This document shows positions 1 through 6,780 of a stretch of 32,000 nt of DNA, piece after piece. The DNA comes from Methylorubrum extorquens (GTDB lineage: Bacteria > Pseudomonadota > Alphaproteobacteria > Rhizobiales > Beijerinckiaceae). The DNA is taken from assembly GCA_900234795.1 (NCBI GenBank), contig LT962688.1, positions 450,001 through 482,000 on the forward strand, in the 5' to 3' direction. Position 1 is the first letter of the stretch; every line of letters starts with the position of its first letter. The notes beneath the pieces are model-generated. The model did not search any database. It saw nothing but the letters and a program-made list of their open reading frames with translations, and was not told the origin of the DNA. The translations under genes and the position numbers were made by a program.

Positions 1-550
1 CGTTTCCGGTCGGGCCCTCCCCACGGGGCGCTGAAGTGCCGGCCGACTGCGCGCGGTAAAGACAGCCGGGCACGGTCTGCGTTGCGCCTCCATCGACTGT
101 CACAGAGCACTTGGAATTGAGGACAGCGACCGTCTCGCCAGCTTCGTAGCGAGTGCCTGGCTTCCAGTATACAACCTTGCCTTTATCGCTTGTGAAGTTG
201 AGGTGAAATCCGACCTCCTGTGCAGTTGCATCCTTCTGCGTTCGGACATTGACAAGGATTGGTGTCAGCAAATGCGGGCCATCGAAACACCCGCCGACTG
301 AGCAGAAGTCGATCATAGGCCCATTCGGATGTACGAAAATCCCAAGCGGCTGCTCCCTGCTCTTCTCGCCATGGACACGCATCAGCGAAGGGGCGCCCAG
401 GGGGAGGATCGATATCGCTCGATCGACTTGTCCTGATGGCGCGCTTGCCGGGTCCGAAGCGTTCTGCAGTGGCTGAGCGGAAATCGTCCCTGCCGTGGAG
501 GCGACGGCGAGCAGGCTGTAAAGCCCTACCTGTGCGGGGCGAGTGAGCAT
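1..550 (-). CDS. Partial CDS (3' end beyond window start): exported hypothetical protein
   Basis: This ORF is absent from the track because it has no stop in the window. Reverse-strand translation from the ATG at 550-548 stays open for 183 codons to position 1 (MLTRPAQVGLYSLLAVASTAGTISAQPLQNASDP...). It has a signal-peptide-like N-terminus, 4 Cys and visibly lower GC than the phage backbone. It lies just beyond the lysis-cassette terminator. Confidence 0.5.
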   Translation of the reverse strand, partial: MLTRPAQVGLYSLLAVASTAGTISAQPLQNASDPASAPSGQVDRAISILPLGAPSLMRVHGEKSREQPLGIFVHPNGPMIDFCSVGGCFDGPHLLTPILVNVRTQKDATAQEVGFHLNFTSDKGKVVYWKPGTRYEAGETVAVLNSKCSVTVDGGATQTVPGCLYRAQSAGTSAPRGEGPTGN

Positions 551-650
551 CGTGACGCTTTCGACGGTTCCGGGACCAAATTCAGGCGCAAGACATCTCC
601 TAGAGAGAGCCGGCAGGGCAAGGCGTCCAGCCCGCTAAAGCGTCGGCACG

Positions 651-681
651 AAAAAAAGCCCCGAGGCCGAAGCCCCGGGGC
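651..681 (-). terminator. Rho-independent terminator closing the lysis cassette
   Basis: On the minus strand there is a GC-rich hairpin at 681-658 (10-bp stem with one mismatch, UUCG loop). It is followed directly by a U7 run at 657-651, 30 nt after the stop of the 711-1067 gene. Confidence 0.75.
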
Positions 682-710
682 GGTATGTGGACGGATGTGG
701 CTAGCGGGGA

Positions 711-1067
711 TCAGTCGGCCCGGCGCCCCGTGATCGCCTGGAGCATTTCCCGGCGGGTCGCGGCCATTTCCTCTCGCATCGAGGTCACGAGGTCGTCGAT
801 GCGGCGCTCCATCCGGGTGATGACGTCGCCGGTCACGTAGGTTCGGGCAACTTCGACCTTGAAGTTGTGCAGGGCCTCGTTCTGTGCCGCGATCTGGATC
901 TTCACGGCCGCCATGTCGATCGTCAGGGGGGACACCGCGTCCTTCGTGCCGGCTCGCAGCTTGCCGATGACCCAATCCGCCCCCTTGCCGAGGGCGAAGA
1001 GGAAGGCAGCGAGCGCCACGATCTGCGCCCAGGTAATCGGGCCGGGCGAGAGGAACGAGGTGTCCAT
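711..1067 (-). CDS. Membrane-anchored coiled-coil protein, i-spanin-like by architecture (last gene of lysis cassette)
   Basis: 118 aa with an N-terminal TM segment (ITWAQIVALAAFLFALG) followed by a charged helical region. GC3 is high and only 4 nt separate it from the preceding gene. No lipobox o-spanin ORF was found embedded or adjacent. Confidence 0.6.
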   Translation of the reverse strand: MDTSFLSPGPITWAQIVALAAFLFALGKGADWVIGKLRAGTKDAVSPLTIDMAAVKIQIAAQNEALHNFKVEVARTYVTGDVITRMERRIDDLVTSMREEMAATRREMLQAITGRRAD

Positions 1068-1071
1068 AGGA

Positions 1072-1488
1072 TCAGGCCTTCAGCAGGCGGGCGGCGCCGG
1101 CGCGGGCCAGCGTCGTGAGTGGCGAGGAGATGAAGAAGGCCGTCAGGATCGTGGCCTCGATCGGCACGTACTCAGGCGGGAGCGGCTGAACGTTCCAGCC
1201 GAGATCGAACGTCTTCGTCAGGCAAGCCGCCCCGAAGTGGATCGCGGGCGGGATGCCAATGCCGTAGATCAGGCCCTTGAAGGCCGGCGCGATCGCCGCC
1301 TTCGCCTGATTGGCCGCCATCTCAGCCTGGACGACCTGCACCGCGACGTCGCGCTGCGTGTTCTGGCCGTTCTCCATCCCCTTGAGGATGGGCTGCAGCA
1401 CCGAGTTGCCGAACACCTTGATCAGGCCGGAGCCGACGGCGCCGAGCGCAGAGCCGATCGGGTTCGAGAGCCAGCCGAGGAGGCTCAT
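1072..1488 (-). CDS. Holin-like membrane protein (138 aa)
   Basis: I chose the start at ATG 1488, which forms an ATGA overlap with the upstream ORF; the track ORF 1072..1593 begins further upstream in Arg-rich sequence. The N-terminus is Gly/Ala-rich and there are hydrophobic segments (GLIYGIGIPPAIHFGAACL, IEATILTAFFISSPL). It sits downstream of the endolysin. It resembles the 3-TM GTA-type holin family, but I cannot verify that here. Confidence 0.55.
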   Translation of the reverse strand: MSLLGWLSNPIGSALGAVGSGLIKVFGNSVLQPILKGMENGQNTQRDVAVQVVQAEMAANQAKAAIAPAFKGLIYGIGIPPAIHFGAACLTKTFDLGWNVQPLPPEYVPIEATILTAFFISSPLTTLARAGAARLLKA

Positions 1489-1751
1489 CGCGGCGGCTCC
1501 CGTGCCGGCAGGGTGGCGAGCTTCGTCGCGTAGGCACGCGCCGCGAGCCGAGCCACCGCGAGGAAGGTCGCCACCTTCGCGCCCGGCAGCCACTCCGGCA
1601 GCAGCGGCGTGAGATCGACGCCCGGCAGCGCATCGAGGACGTCGGGCAGCGCCATGACGCCCGCGAGCAGGTAGACGCGCTTGCCCGAGGCCGCGCGCCA
1701 GCAGCGGCGCAGGCCGAGGCGGGCCCGTGCGAGGAAGGGACGGGGCGCCAT
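1485..1751 (-). CDS. Small hypothetical protein (88 aa) in lysis cassette
   Basis: This is the tail of track ORF 1485..2309, starting at ATG 1751 two nt after the endolysin stop. GC3 is very high (MAPRPFLARARLGLRRCW...VATFLAVARLAARAY...). It is translationally coupled on both sides. Confidence 0.5.
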   Translation of the reverse strand: MAPRPFLARARLGLRRCWRAASGKRVYLLAGVMALPDVLDALPGVDLTPLLPEWLPGAKVATFLAVARLAARAYATKLATLPAREPPR

Positions 1752-1753
1752 GG

Positions 1754-2587
1754 TCAGCCTTTCCGGAACGCGGTGTGGATCAGGTCGTAGAGCCCGGTGA
1801 GACCCAAGCGGACCGCGCCGCCGGTGGCCTGGACCCCGGAACGAACAAGCCCGCCGGTGGGGGCGGGCTGCGGAGCAGGTGAGGGCGGTGGGGCTGTCAT
1901 CGGCGCCAGCGGATCCGGCGCCGGCTCGCCCATGCCCGGCGACCAGGGCGTGTCCTTGATCTTCGACCACTTGGCGAAGGCCGCGGCGAGCTTGGTGTGG
2001 TAGCCGTGCTTGGCGTAGCTCGCGCCGTTGTAGCCCTTCGCGAACCCGGCCCAATCGTGCCGGCGCAGCTCGTCGTCGAGACCGTTCGTGACGATGAAGC
2101 GGACCATCGCCGCCAGGTGCTCGGCCTCGCCGCCGTTGCAGAAGGCCAGCACCATCGCCTGCGGGGTCGCGTAGCCAGCCGCCTTGAAGTTCTCGCCCAG
2201 GATCTGCCCGAGGCCCCAGGAGGCAGCTTTCAGCGCGGCCGTCTCGTCGATGGCCAGGGCCTGCGCGAGGCGCGGATAGCTGTCGGACGGGTAGGCGCCG
2301 GGCTTCCACGCAGCATAGGCGAGGCCGAGCGAGGCGGCGCGGGTGCGGGCAGCGCCCGAGAGGTTGCGCCAGAAGACGTGCGGCTCGAACAGCATCTTCG
2401 GCCGCTTGAGCCGGTCGAAGCCGCCGCCGGAGGCCTCCACCTCCATCACGGCGTGGATCTCGTCCTCACCGACGCCGATGGTGTGGCCGATCCGGGGGAG
2501 GTCGTAATCCGAGAGCCGGAGGGCGGCGCAGACGAAGCCGGCGGCGCGCAGGCGTGCGAAGGCACCCGCGTCGGTGGACGAGGTCAT
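1754..2587 (-). CDS. Endolysin, N-acetylmuramidase family (PF11860-like) with Pro-rich linker and C-terminal tail
   Basis: The start is ATG 2587 (MTSSTDAG...), inside track ORF 1754..2920. Family hallmarks include EASGGGFDRLKRPKMLFEPHVFWR, AASWGLGQILGENFKAAGY and WAGFAKGYNGASYAKHGYHTKLAAAF. Confidence 0.85.
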   Translation of the reverse strand: MTSSTDAGAFARLRAAGFVCAALRLSDYDLPRIGHTIGVGEDEIHAVMEVEASGGGFDRLKRPKMLFEPHVFWRNLSGAARTRAASLGLAYAAWKPGAYPSDSYPRLAQALAIDETAALKAASWGLGQILGENFKAAGYATPQAMVLAFCNGGEAEHLAAMVRFIVTNGLDDELRRHDWAGFAKGYNGASYAKHGYHTKLAAAFAKWSKIKDTPWSPGMGEPAPDPLAPMTAPPPSPAPQPAPTGGLVRSGVQATGGAVRLGLTGLYDLIHTAFRKG

Positions 2588-2601
2588 GAGGCCGCTCCAG
2601 G

Positions 2602-2958
2602 TCAGAGAAGAGAGACGCGCACTCGGGCAAGCCCGCGATGCGTGATGCCGAGGGCGCGGGCCGCCCCAAGCGAGAGATCGATCAGCCGGCCGAGCCGGGG
2701 ATGTGGCCCGCGGTCGTTCACCCGCACATCGACGTGGCGGCCGGTAGAAAGGTCGGTGACGCGCACCGAAGTGCCGAGAGGCAGGGTCCAGTGCGCGGCG
2801 CCGAGAGCCTCGGGGACGAACCGCTTGCCGTCCGCGCGCCGAGAGCCGGACTCGTGCCCGTAGAAGGACGCGGTGCCGGTCCAGGTGGCGCGGGCCGGCG
2901 TCACGCTGAGCACGAGGCAAGCGAGAGCGGCCCGCACCGCGAGGCGTTGCAGGAGCAT
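2602..2958 (-). CDS. Exported RlpA-like double-psi beta-barrel (DPBB) protein
   Basis: 118 aa. A signal-peptide-like N-terminus ([24 protein letters not shown]) is followed by the DPBB signature ASFYG..G..ADGKRF......[32 protein letters not shown]...RLIDLS. Confidence 0.8.
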   Translation of the reverse strand: MLLQRLAVRAALACLVLSVTPARATWTGTASFYGHESGSRRADGKRFVPEALGAAHWTLPLGTSVRVTDLSTGRHVDVRVNDRGPHPRLGRLIDLSLGAARALGITHRGLARVRVSLL

Positions 2959-3081
2959 GGTGGGTCCGATTGTCGGAGGGGGCTCAAGGTCGATCAGAGA
3001 AGCGTGTGCTTGACGTCACACGCATGGACCGCGCTGCGAGCCTTCGGTCAGGTGAGTTGTCAGTCTCGCAAGCGACGCGGT

Positions 3082-4461
3082 ATGCCCGGCTCGTATAGGT
3101 CGAGCCCGAGTTTACTAATGTATGATAATGTGATTGCTGCGTGCGCTCGGTGGGAGACCGACTATATTGCCGAGTGGCTGATGTTCCACCGCAGCATCGG
3201 CTTTGATCACGTCTTCCTCTACTGCAATGACGAAGATCCGCGCGAGTTATATGAAGCCGTCCTGCCGTTTACGCAGGGCGATAGACCCTTCGTCACATTC
3301 AGGCACTTCGGCATCTTGGGCCAGCAAGGCCAAATGTATACGCACTTCCTGCGTAATTTTAAACATCTGAGCCGTAATTACATATTTCTCGATGTTGACG
3401 AATTTATTTTACTGCGCAACGACGACACGATCCGAGAGTTTATCTCACGCTTTCCGGGTGGAGTGGGGGCAATCCACCTGTTCTCCGTCAATGCTGGGCA
3501 TAACGGCCACGCCACGCGCCCGTCTGGGTCCGCAATCCGTAATTACACTCGACGGTCCGAATTGCCGGCGCCGTTCACGAAGTGCCTCGTCCGATCCGAC
3601 GCAGTTGACGACAACAAGATTGCCAGCGCGGTGGGCTCTGGATTTTGGCACCATGCCGATTGCATTCTGAAGGACGGAATGTTCACTTTAGATAGCCGTG
3701 GCGTCAGCATGCGCGGCTACTATCTGAACATCGAAGAAAATTTTCCCGAGAGGCTGGCGGACCCGACCTTCGCCAAGGGCGTACTCGACACCGGCTTCAT
3801 CTACCACATCGGCATCAAGTCACTGGCCGATTTTGCCAGGAGGGTGGAGAGAGGCGCGGTCGGAGACTTCTTCGTGCAAGAAGCCTGGACCGAGTACCAC
3901 CAGCGCGGGCCCGACTTCCTTGAGGAATTCCTCCGTCCATCCAACGTGGTCGAGGAGCTTCGCTTGGTCGAGATGGCCGATGCGACGCTCGCCCGTGCCT
4001 TTGCTCATCAAATCGCGGCGCCTCCAATCGGAACGAACATCGCCCTCGGGAAGCCGGCGACACAAAGCTCCATCAGCCCGTGGTCGCGCTTTCAGGATCT
4101 CGCGCAAGATGCGGCCGGCGCCGTGAGCGGGAAGCCTCGCGGCCTATGGAGCCACCATACGGACTATGAAGAGGCCCCATGGTGGCAGGTAGACCTTGGG
4201 GCCGTGATTGCCATCCGCGAGGTGCGGATCTTCAATCGCGTCGATGCCGTTCGATCCCGCCTTCGGGATTTCAAAATCCTTGGAAGCGAAGACGGAGAGA
4301 CGTGGACGCTACTTCACGCCAAGGACGACGGAACCGAGTTCGGGGGCGTGGATGGGCAGATGCACATCTGGGCACCCCCGAACCCGGCTCAGACACGCTA
4401 TGTCAGAGTCGTCCGGATCGGGGCCGGCGTGCTCGATCTGGATCAGGTCGAGGTGTACTGA
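3082..4461 (+). CDS. GT-A fold glycosyltransferase (Glyco_tranf_2_4/GT92-like) fused to a C-terminal F5/8 type C (discoidin/fucolectin-like) domain
   Basis: The start is ATG 3082 (alternative ATG 3118, MYDNV...). The part of the track ORF upstream of 3082 is antisense to the RlpA-like gene. N-terminal motifs are ETDYIAEWLMFHRSIGFDHVFLYCNDEDP and FLDVDEF. The C-terminal motifs NIALGKPATQSS...APWWQVDLG...IREVRIFNR are typical of discoidin/FTP lectin domains. It is the only convincing plus-strand gene. A sample stretch counts about 50% GC. Confidence 0.8.
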   Translation: MPGSYRSSPSLLMYDNVIAACARWETDYIAEWLMFHRSIGFDHVFLYCNDEDPRELYEAVLPFTQGDRPFVTFRHFGILGQQGQMYTHFLRNFKHLSRNYIFLDVDEFILLRNDDTIREFISRFPGGVGAIHLFSVNAGHNGHATRPSGSAIRNYTRRSELPAPFTKCLVRSDAVDDNKIASAVGSGFWHHADCILKDGMFTLDSRGVSMRGYYLNIEENFPERLADPTFAKGVLDTGFIYHIGIKSLADFARRVERGAVGDFFVQEAWTEYHQRGPDFLEEFLRPSNVVEELRLVEMADATLARAFAHQIAAPPIGTNIALGKPATQSSISPWSRFQDLAQDAAGAVSGKPRGLWSHHTDYEEAPWWQVDLGAVIAIREVRIFNRVDAVRSRLRDFKILGSEDGETWTLLHAKDDGTEFGGVDGQMHIWAPPNPAQTRYVRVVRIGAGVLDLDQVEVY

Positions 4462-4469
4462 GTCGCCCT

Positions 4470-6005
4470 TCAGCAGCGCGTGACGATGCCGTTCACGGTC
4501 TGAAAGTTCTGGGTGGGTGGCCCAGAGCACGACACGCCGATGGCGTTGTTCGCGCTGAACGAATTTGCGGAAACGATGCCGTTGAAGGTGGCGTCGCCCG
4601 TGGCACCGATCCGCGCGACATGAGCGCCCGGATCAGTGCCAGGAGCGAACAGCCATGCGTTCGGCCCGCCGCTATAGCTCATGCACATGGCCGCCCCGTT
4701 GTAGCAGACCTGCTGGCCGCCTTTGAAAAGGGCTGCAAACGGAAGCGCGTCCTGCGTGAAGTCGAGACCGATACGATGCTTGCCGGCCGCTGTCAGAATT
4801 GAGCGCGCCGAATCGCCCATGTAGAAGTCGTGGTCCTGGATATACGTGCCGTCAGCGCTGTCCTGAAAGAACAGGCCAGTGTGCGCCATTGCGCTATAGC
4901 CCTTGAACTCCAACGGGGTCGCACTGTTGCCGATCGGATAATCGGCGGTACAAGTCGTTGTAGTGCAGTCAACGCGAAACGTTTGCCCGCCGTATGACAT
5001 TCGGGTGATGAGTTGGGAAAACGTACCGCTCGATTTGGTGAGTGTGGCACCAGAAACCGTTGCGGTCCCACTGTATGACTGCGTGTGCGGATTTGCCATG
5101 TAGTGAACGGCAAGGTTCGGGAATGCATTGATGCCCCCGTAAAAGAACCACGCCGAGGTGCAGTTTTCTCCGACCTTACAGTCCGCGTTGAAGTTGCTTA
5201 GATCCAACTCCATTCCGAACGATTTCGTATTTCCACTGCCGGGCGCGATGACGTGATCCGTGTTGATGGACCAGAAGGCCGGCGGCGACTGCCCCGCGGG
5301 ACCTGGGCGCTGCTGCGATGTGATCATCAAGCCGGTCGCGTTCGGGCTCTCGGCGTCTGATGGATGCGCGGCCGAGACAGTCCCGCCAACAACATCAATG
5401 TTAAAAAAACCGCTGCTCGTCTGCTTCGGCATCGAGCCGTCAGCTTTGGTCTGAACGAGCAGGTTCGCCGTGTTGTTGTTGGTCGTCGTCGGCGTCCCGG
5501 CTTCCGGGTTGGGGGGATATAGGCCGTTGGAAGACGGCGTTCCTCTCGTCGGGTAGATCGTAATGCCGGACTTGTCGGCAGACATAAACGCGCCGAAGCA
5601 TGTCGGCACCCACGTCGCCAGCCCGTTGCCCGTCCAGTTGCCTGCCGTCGTCGGACAGGCCGTGGGTACGGCGTTCACGACGGACCCTGTGAAGGCAGGA
5701 CTGGCCAGAGGAGCGCGTTCAGCGATCAGCCGCGCCAGCGTCCCCGATGCGGCAGACGCGCTCGGCGTCAGGCTGATACCAGAGCCATCGCCACTCCACC
5801 GAATGACCTTCGCCGTACCGTCGAGGCACCCTAGCGGCACCATTGTCTTGCCGGTGCGCTCGCGCATCGCCAACTGCGGGCACGCACCGGAGGCCTGGAG
5901 CCCGATCTCGGGCAGCGTGAAGGTCTGAGCGGAAACGGGCGCGAAGACAGACGAAGAGGCCAGCGTCGCGAGCGCGATCAGGCCGAAGCGCAAAGAGCGG
6001 AGCAT
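4470..6005 (-). CDS. Exported Cys-rich fibre-like protein (511 aa from ATG 6005)
   Basis: It has a Sec-type N-terminus (MLRSLRFGLIALATLASSSVFAPVSAQT). A GAAGG Shine-Dalgarno lies 9 nt upstream of ATG 6005, while the track start at 6020 is a GTG. It carries the tail-fibre-like motif APLASPAFTGS, is Ser/Thr/Asn/Gly rich, and has 12 Cys in the mature part. Confidence 0.7.
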   Translation of the reverse strand: MLRSLRFGLIALATLASSSVFAPVSAQTFTLPEIGLQASGACPQLAMRERTGKTMVPLGCLDGTAKVIRWSGDGSGISLTPSASAASGTLARLIAERAPLASPAFTGSVVNAVPTACPTTAGNWTGNGLATWVPTCFGAFMSADKSGITIYPTRGTPSSNGLYPPNPEAGTPTTTNNNTANLLVQTKADGSMPKQTSSGFFNIDVVGGTVSAAHPSDAESPNATGLMITSQQRPGPAGQSPPAFWSINTDHVIAPGSGNTKSFGMELDLSNFNADCKVGENCTSAWFFYGGINAFPNLAVHYMANPHTQSYSGTATVSGATLTKSSGTFSQLITRMSYGGQTFRVDCTTTTCTADYPIGNSATPLEFKGYSAMAHTGLFFQDSADGTYIQDHDFYMGDSARSILTAAGKHRIGLDFTQDALPFAALFKGGQQVCYNGAAMCMSYSGGPNAWLFAPGTDPGAHVARIGATGDATFNGIVSANSFSANNAIGVSCSGPPTQNFQTVNGIVTRC

Positions 6006-6016
6006 GTGAAGGGCCT

Positions 6017-6376
6017 TCACTTCGGTTGGAGCGCGGCGGCGGTGAGCAGATCCGAAATCTGCACAACGTTCAAATTAAGCGTGTCCCGCACGAAGGCGAG
6101 GAGAGCGCAATCCGGCGTAATGAATGCCGTGGTGCGGTAGGCCCGATTCACGGCGTCGCCGGGATCGGAGGGCACGGCGTCTTGGACAATCGCGGACGCG
6201 CCCGGACGCAACGCCTCGAGGGCCGCGAAGAACTGGCCCGCGGTCACTTGCCCGTCGGTGCCGCCGCCCCCAACGACGTCGAGGGTCACCGCTGTGCCCT
6301 GACGGCCGACCCGCACTGAGCCGGAGGGGGACCGGACGTCGATCGGGAACGTTGGGCGGATCGGATAGCTCGGCAT
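6017..6376 (-). CDS. Small fibre-region protein (119 aa) sharing a 73-aa module with the C-terminus of the 325-aa protein at 15997-16974
   Basis: A GGAGG Shine-Dalgarno lies upstream of ATG 6376, and the stop is 11 nt before the next start. Residues 47-119 align without gaps to residues 253-325 of the 15997..16974 product, at 32/73 identical by hand count. Confidence 0.6.
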   Translation of the reverse strand: MPSYPIRPTFPIDVRSPSGSVRVGRQGTAVTLDVVGGGGTDGQVTAGQFFAALEALRPGASAIVQDAVPSDPGDAVNRAYRTTAFITPDCALLAFVRDTLNLNVVQISDLLTAAALQPK

Positions 6377-6388
6377 GGCGGGGCCTCC

Positions 6389-6775
6389 TCAGGCGAATTC
6401 GACCGGCTCGCAGAAGACCTCTTCCGTCTCCGGGCCGATGGTGACGAGGACTCGCGTGTCGTAGATGCCGGGGCGGAGATCAGTCAGCGAGCCCGCCGGG
6501 AACACGGCCTCAACGATGCCGGGGTTCGAGACGACGAGCGTTCCGGATGCGAGCGATGCGGCGAGAACCGGCGCCGGATCCTGTCTTGACCAGCAGCCTC
6601 GATGCGGCGCCCGGGGCGTCACCTCGAGCGCGACCTCGGAGCAGGTCGAAAAGTCGATTAGGCCCTCGTCCGTCGGGTCGAGCCGGCCACGGGCATCGGC
6701 GGCCCGGAAGACGTGCCGGAAGCGCCACTGGCCCCGTCGGGAGACCGCGCCGAGCGTGTTCATGAAGGACGGCAT
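6389..6775 (-). CDS. Hypothetical fibre-region protein (128 aa)
   Basis: It is tightly packed, with a 5-nt gap to the upstream gene and a 12-nt gap to the downstream gene. GC3 is high. I recognise no family. Confidence 0.55.
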   Translation of the reverse strand: MPSFMNTLGAVSRRGQWRFRHVFRAADARGRLDPTDEGLIDFSTCSEVALEVTPRAPHRGCWSRQDPAPVLAASLASGTLVVSNPGIVEAVFPAGSLTDLRPGIYDTRVLVTIGPETEEVFCEPVEFA

Positions 6776-6780
6776 CGGCG

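Noticed and set aside
249-476. A 75-aa plus-strand ORF near the left edge.
   Set aside because: It lies antisense within the 183-codon minus-strand open frame that begins with a good signal peptide at ATG 550.
2588-2920. The N-terminal 111 codons of track ORF 1754..2920, which would extend the endolysin.
   Set aside because: The extension overlaps the RlpA-like gene in another frame and is Arg/Pro-rich. The muramidase-family sequence starts at the internal ATG 2587, 14 nt after the RlpA-like stop.
2638-3081. The N-terminal 148 codons of track ORF 2638..4461, which would extend the glycosyltransferase.
   Set aside because: This part is antisense to the RlpA-like gene and is high-GC, Arg/Gly-rich sequence. 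The composition changes abruptly at about 3080, where an in-frame ATG (3082) precedes the GT domain.
5403-5409. An A7/T7 homopolymer inside the exported Cys-rich gene, considered as a phase-variation switch.
   Set aside because: Seven bases is short for slipped-strand switching. The tract simply encodes Phe-Phe (GFFN), and there is no evidence of variation from a single sequence.
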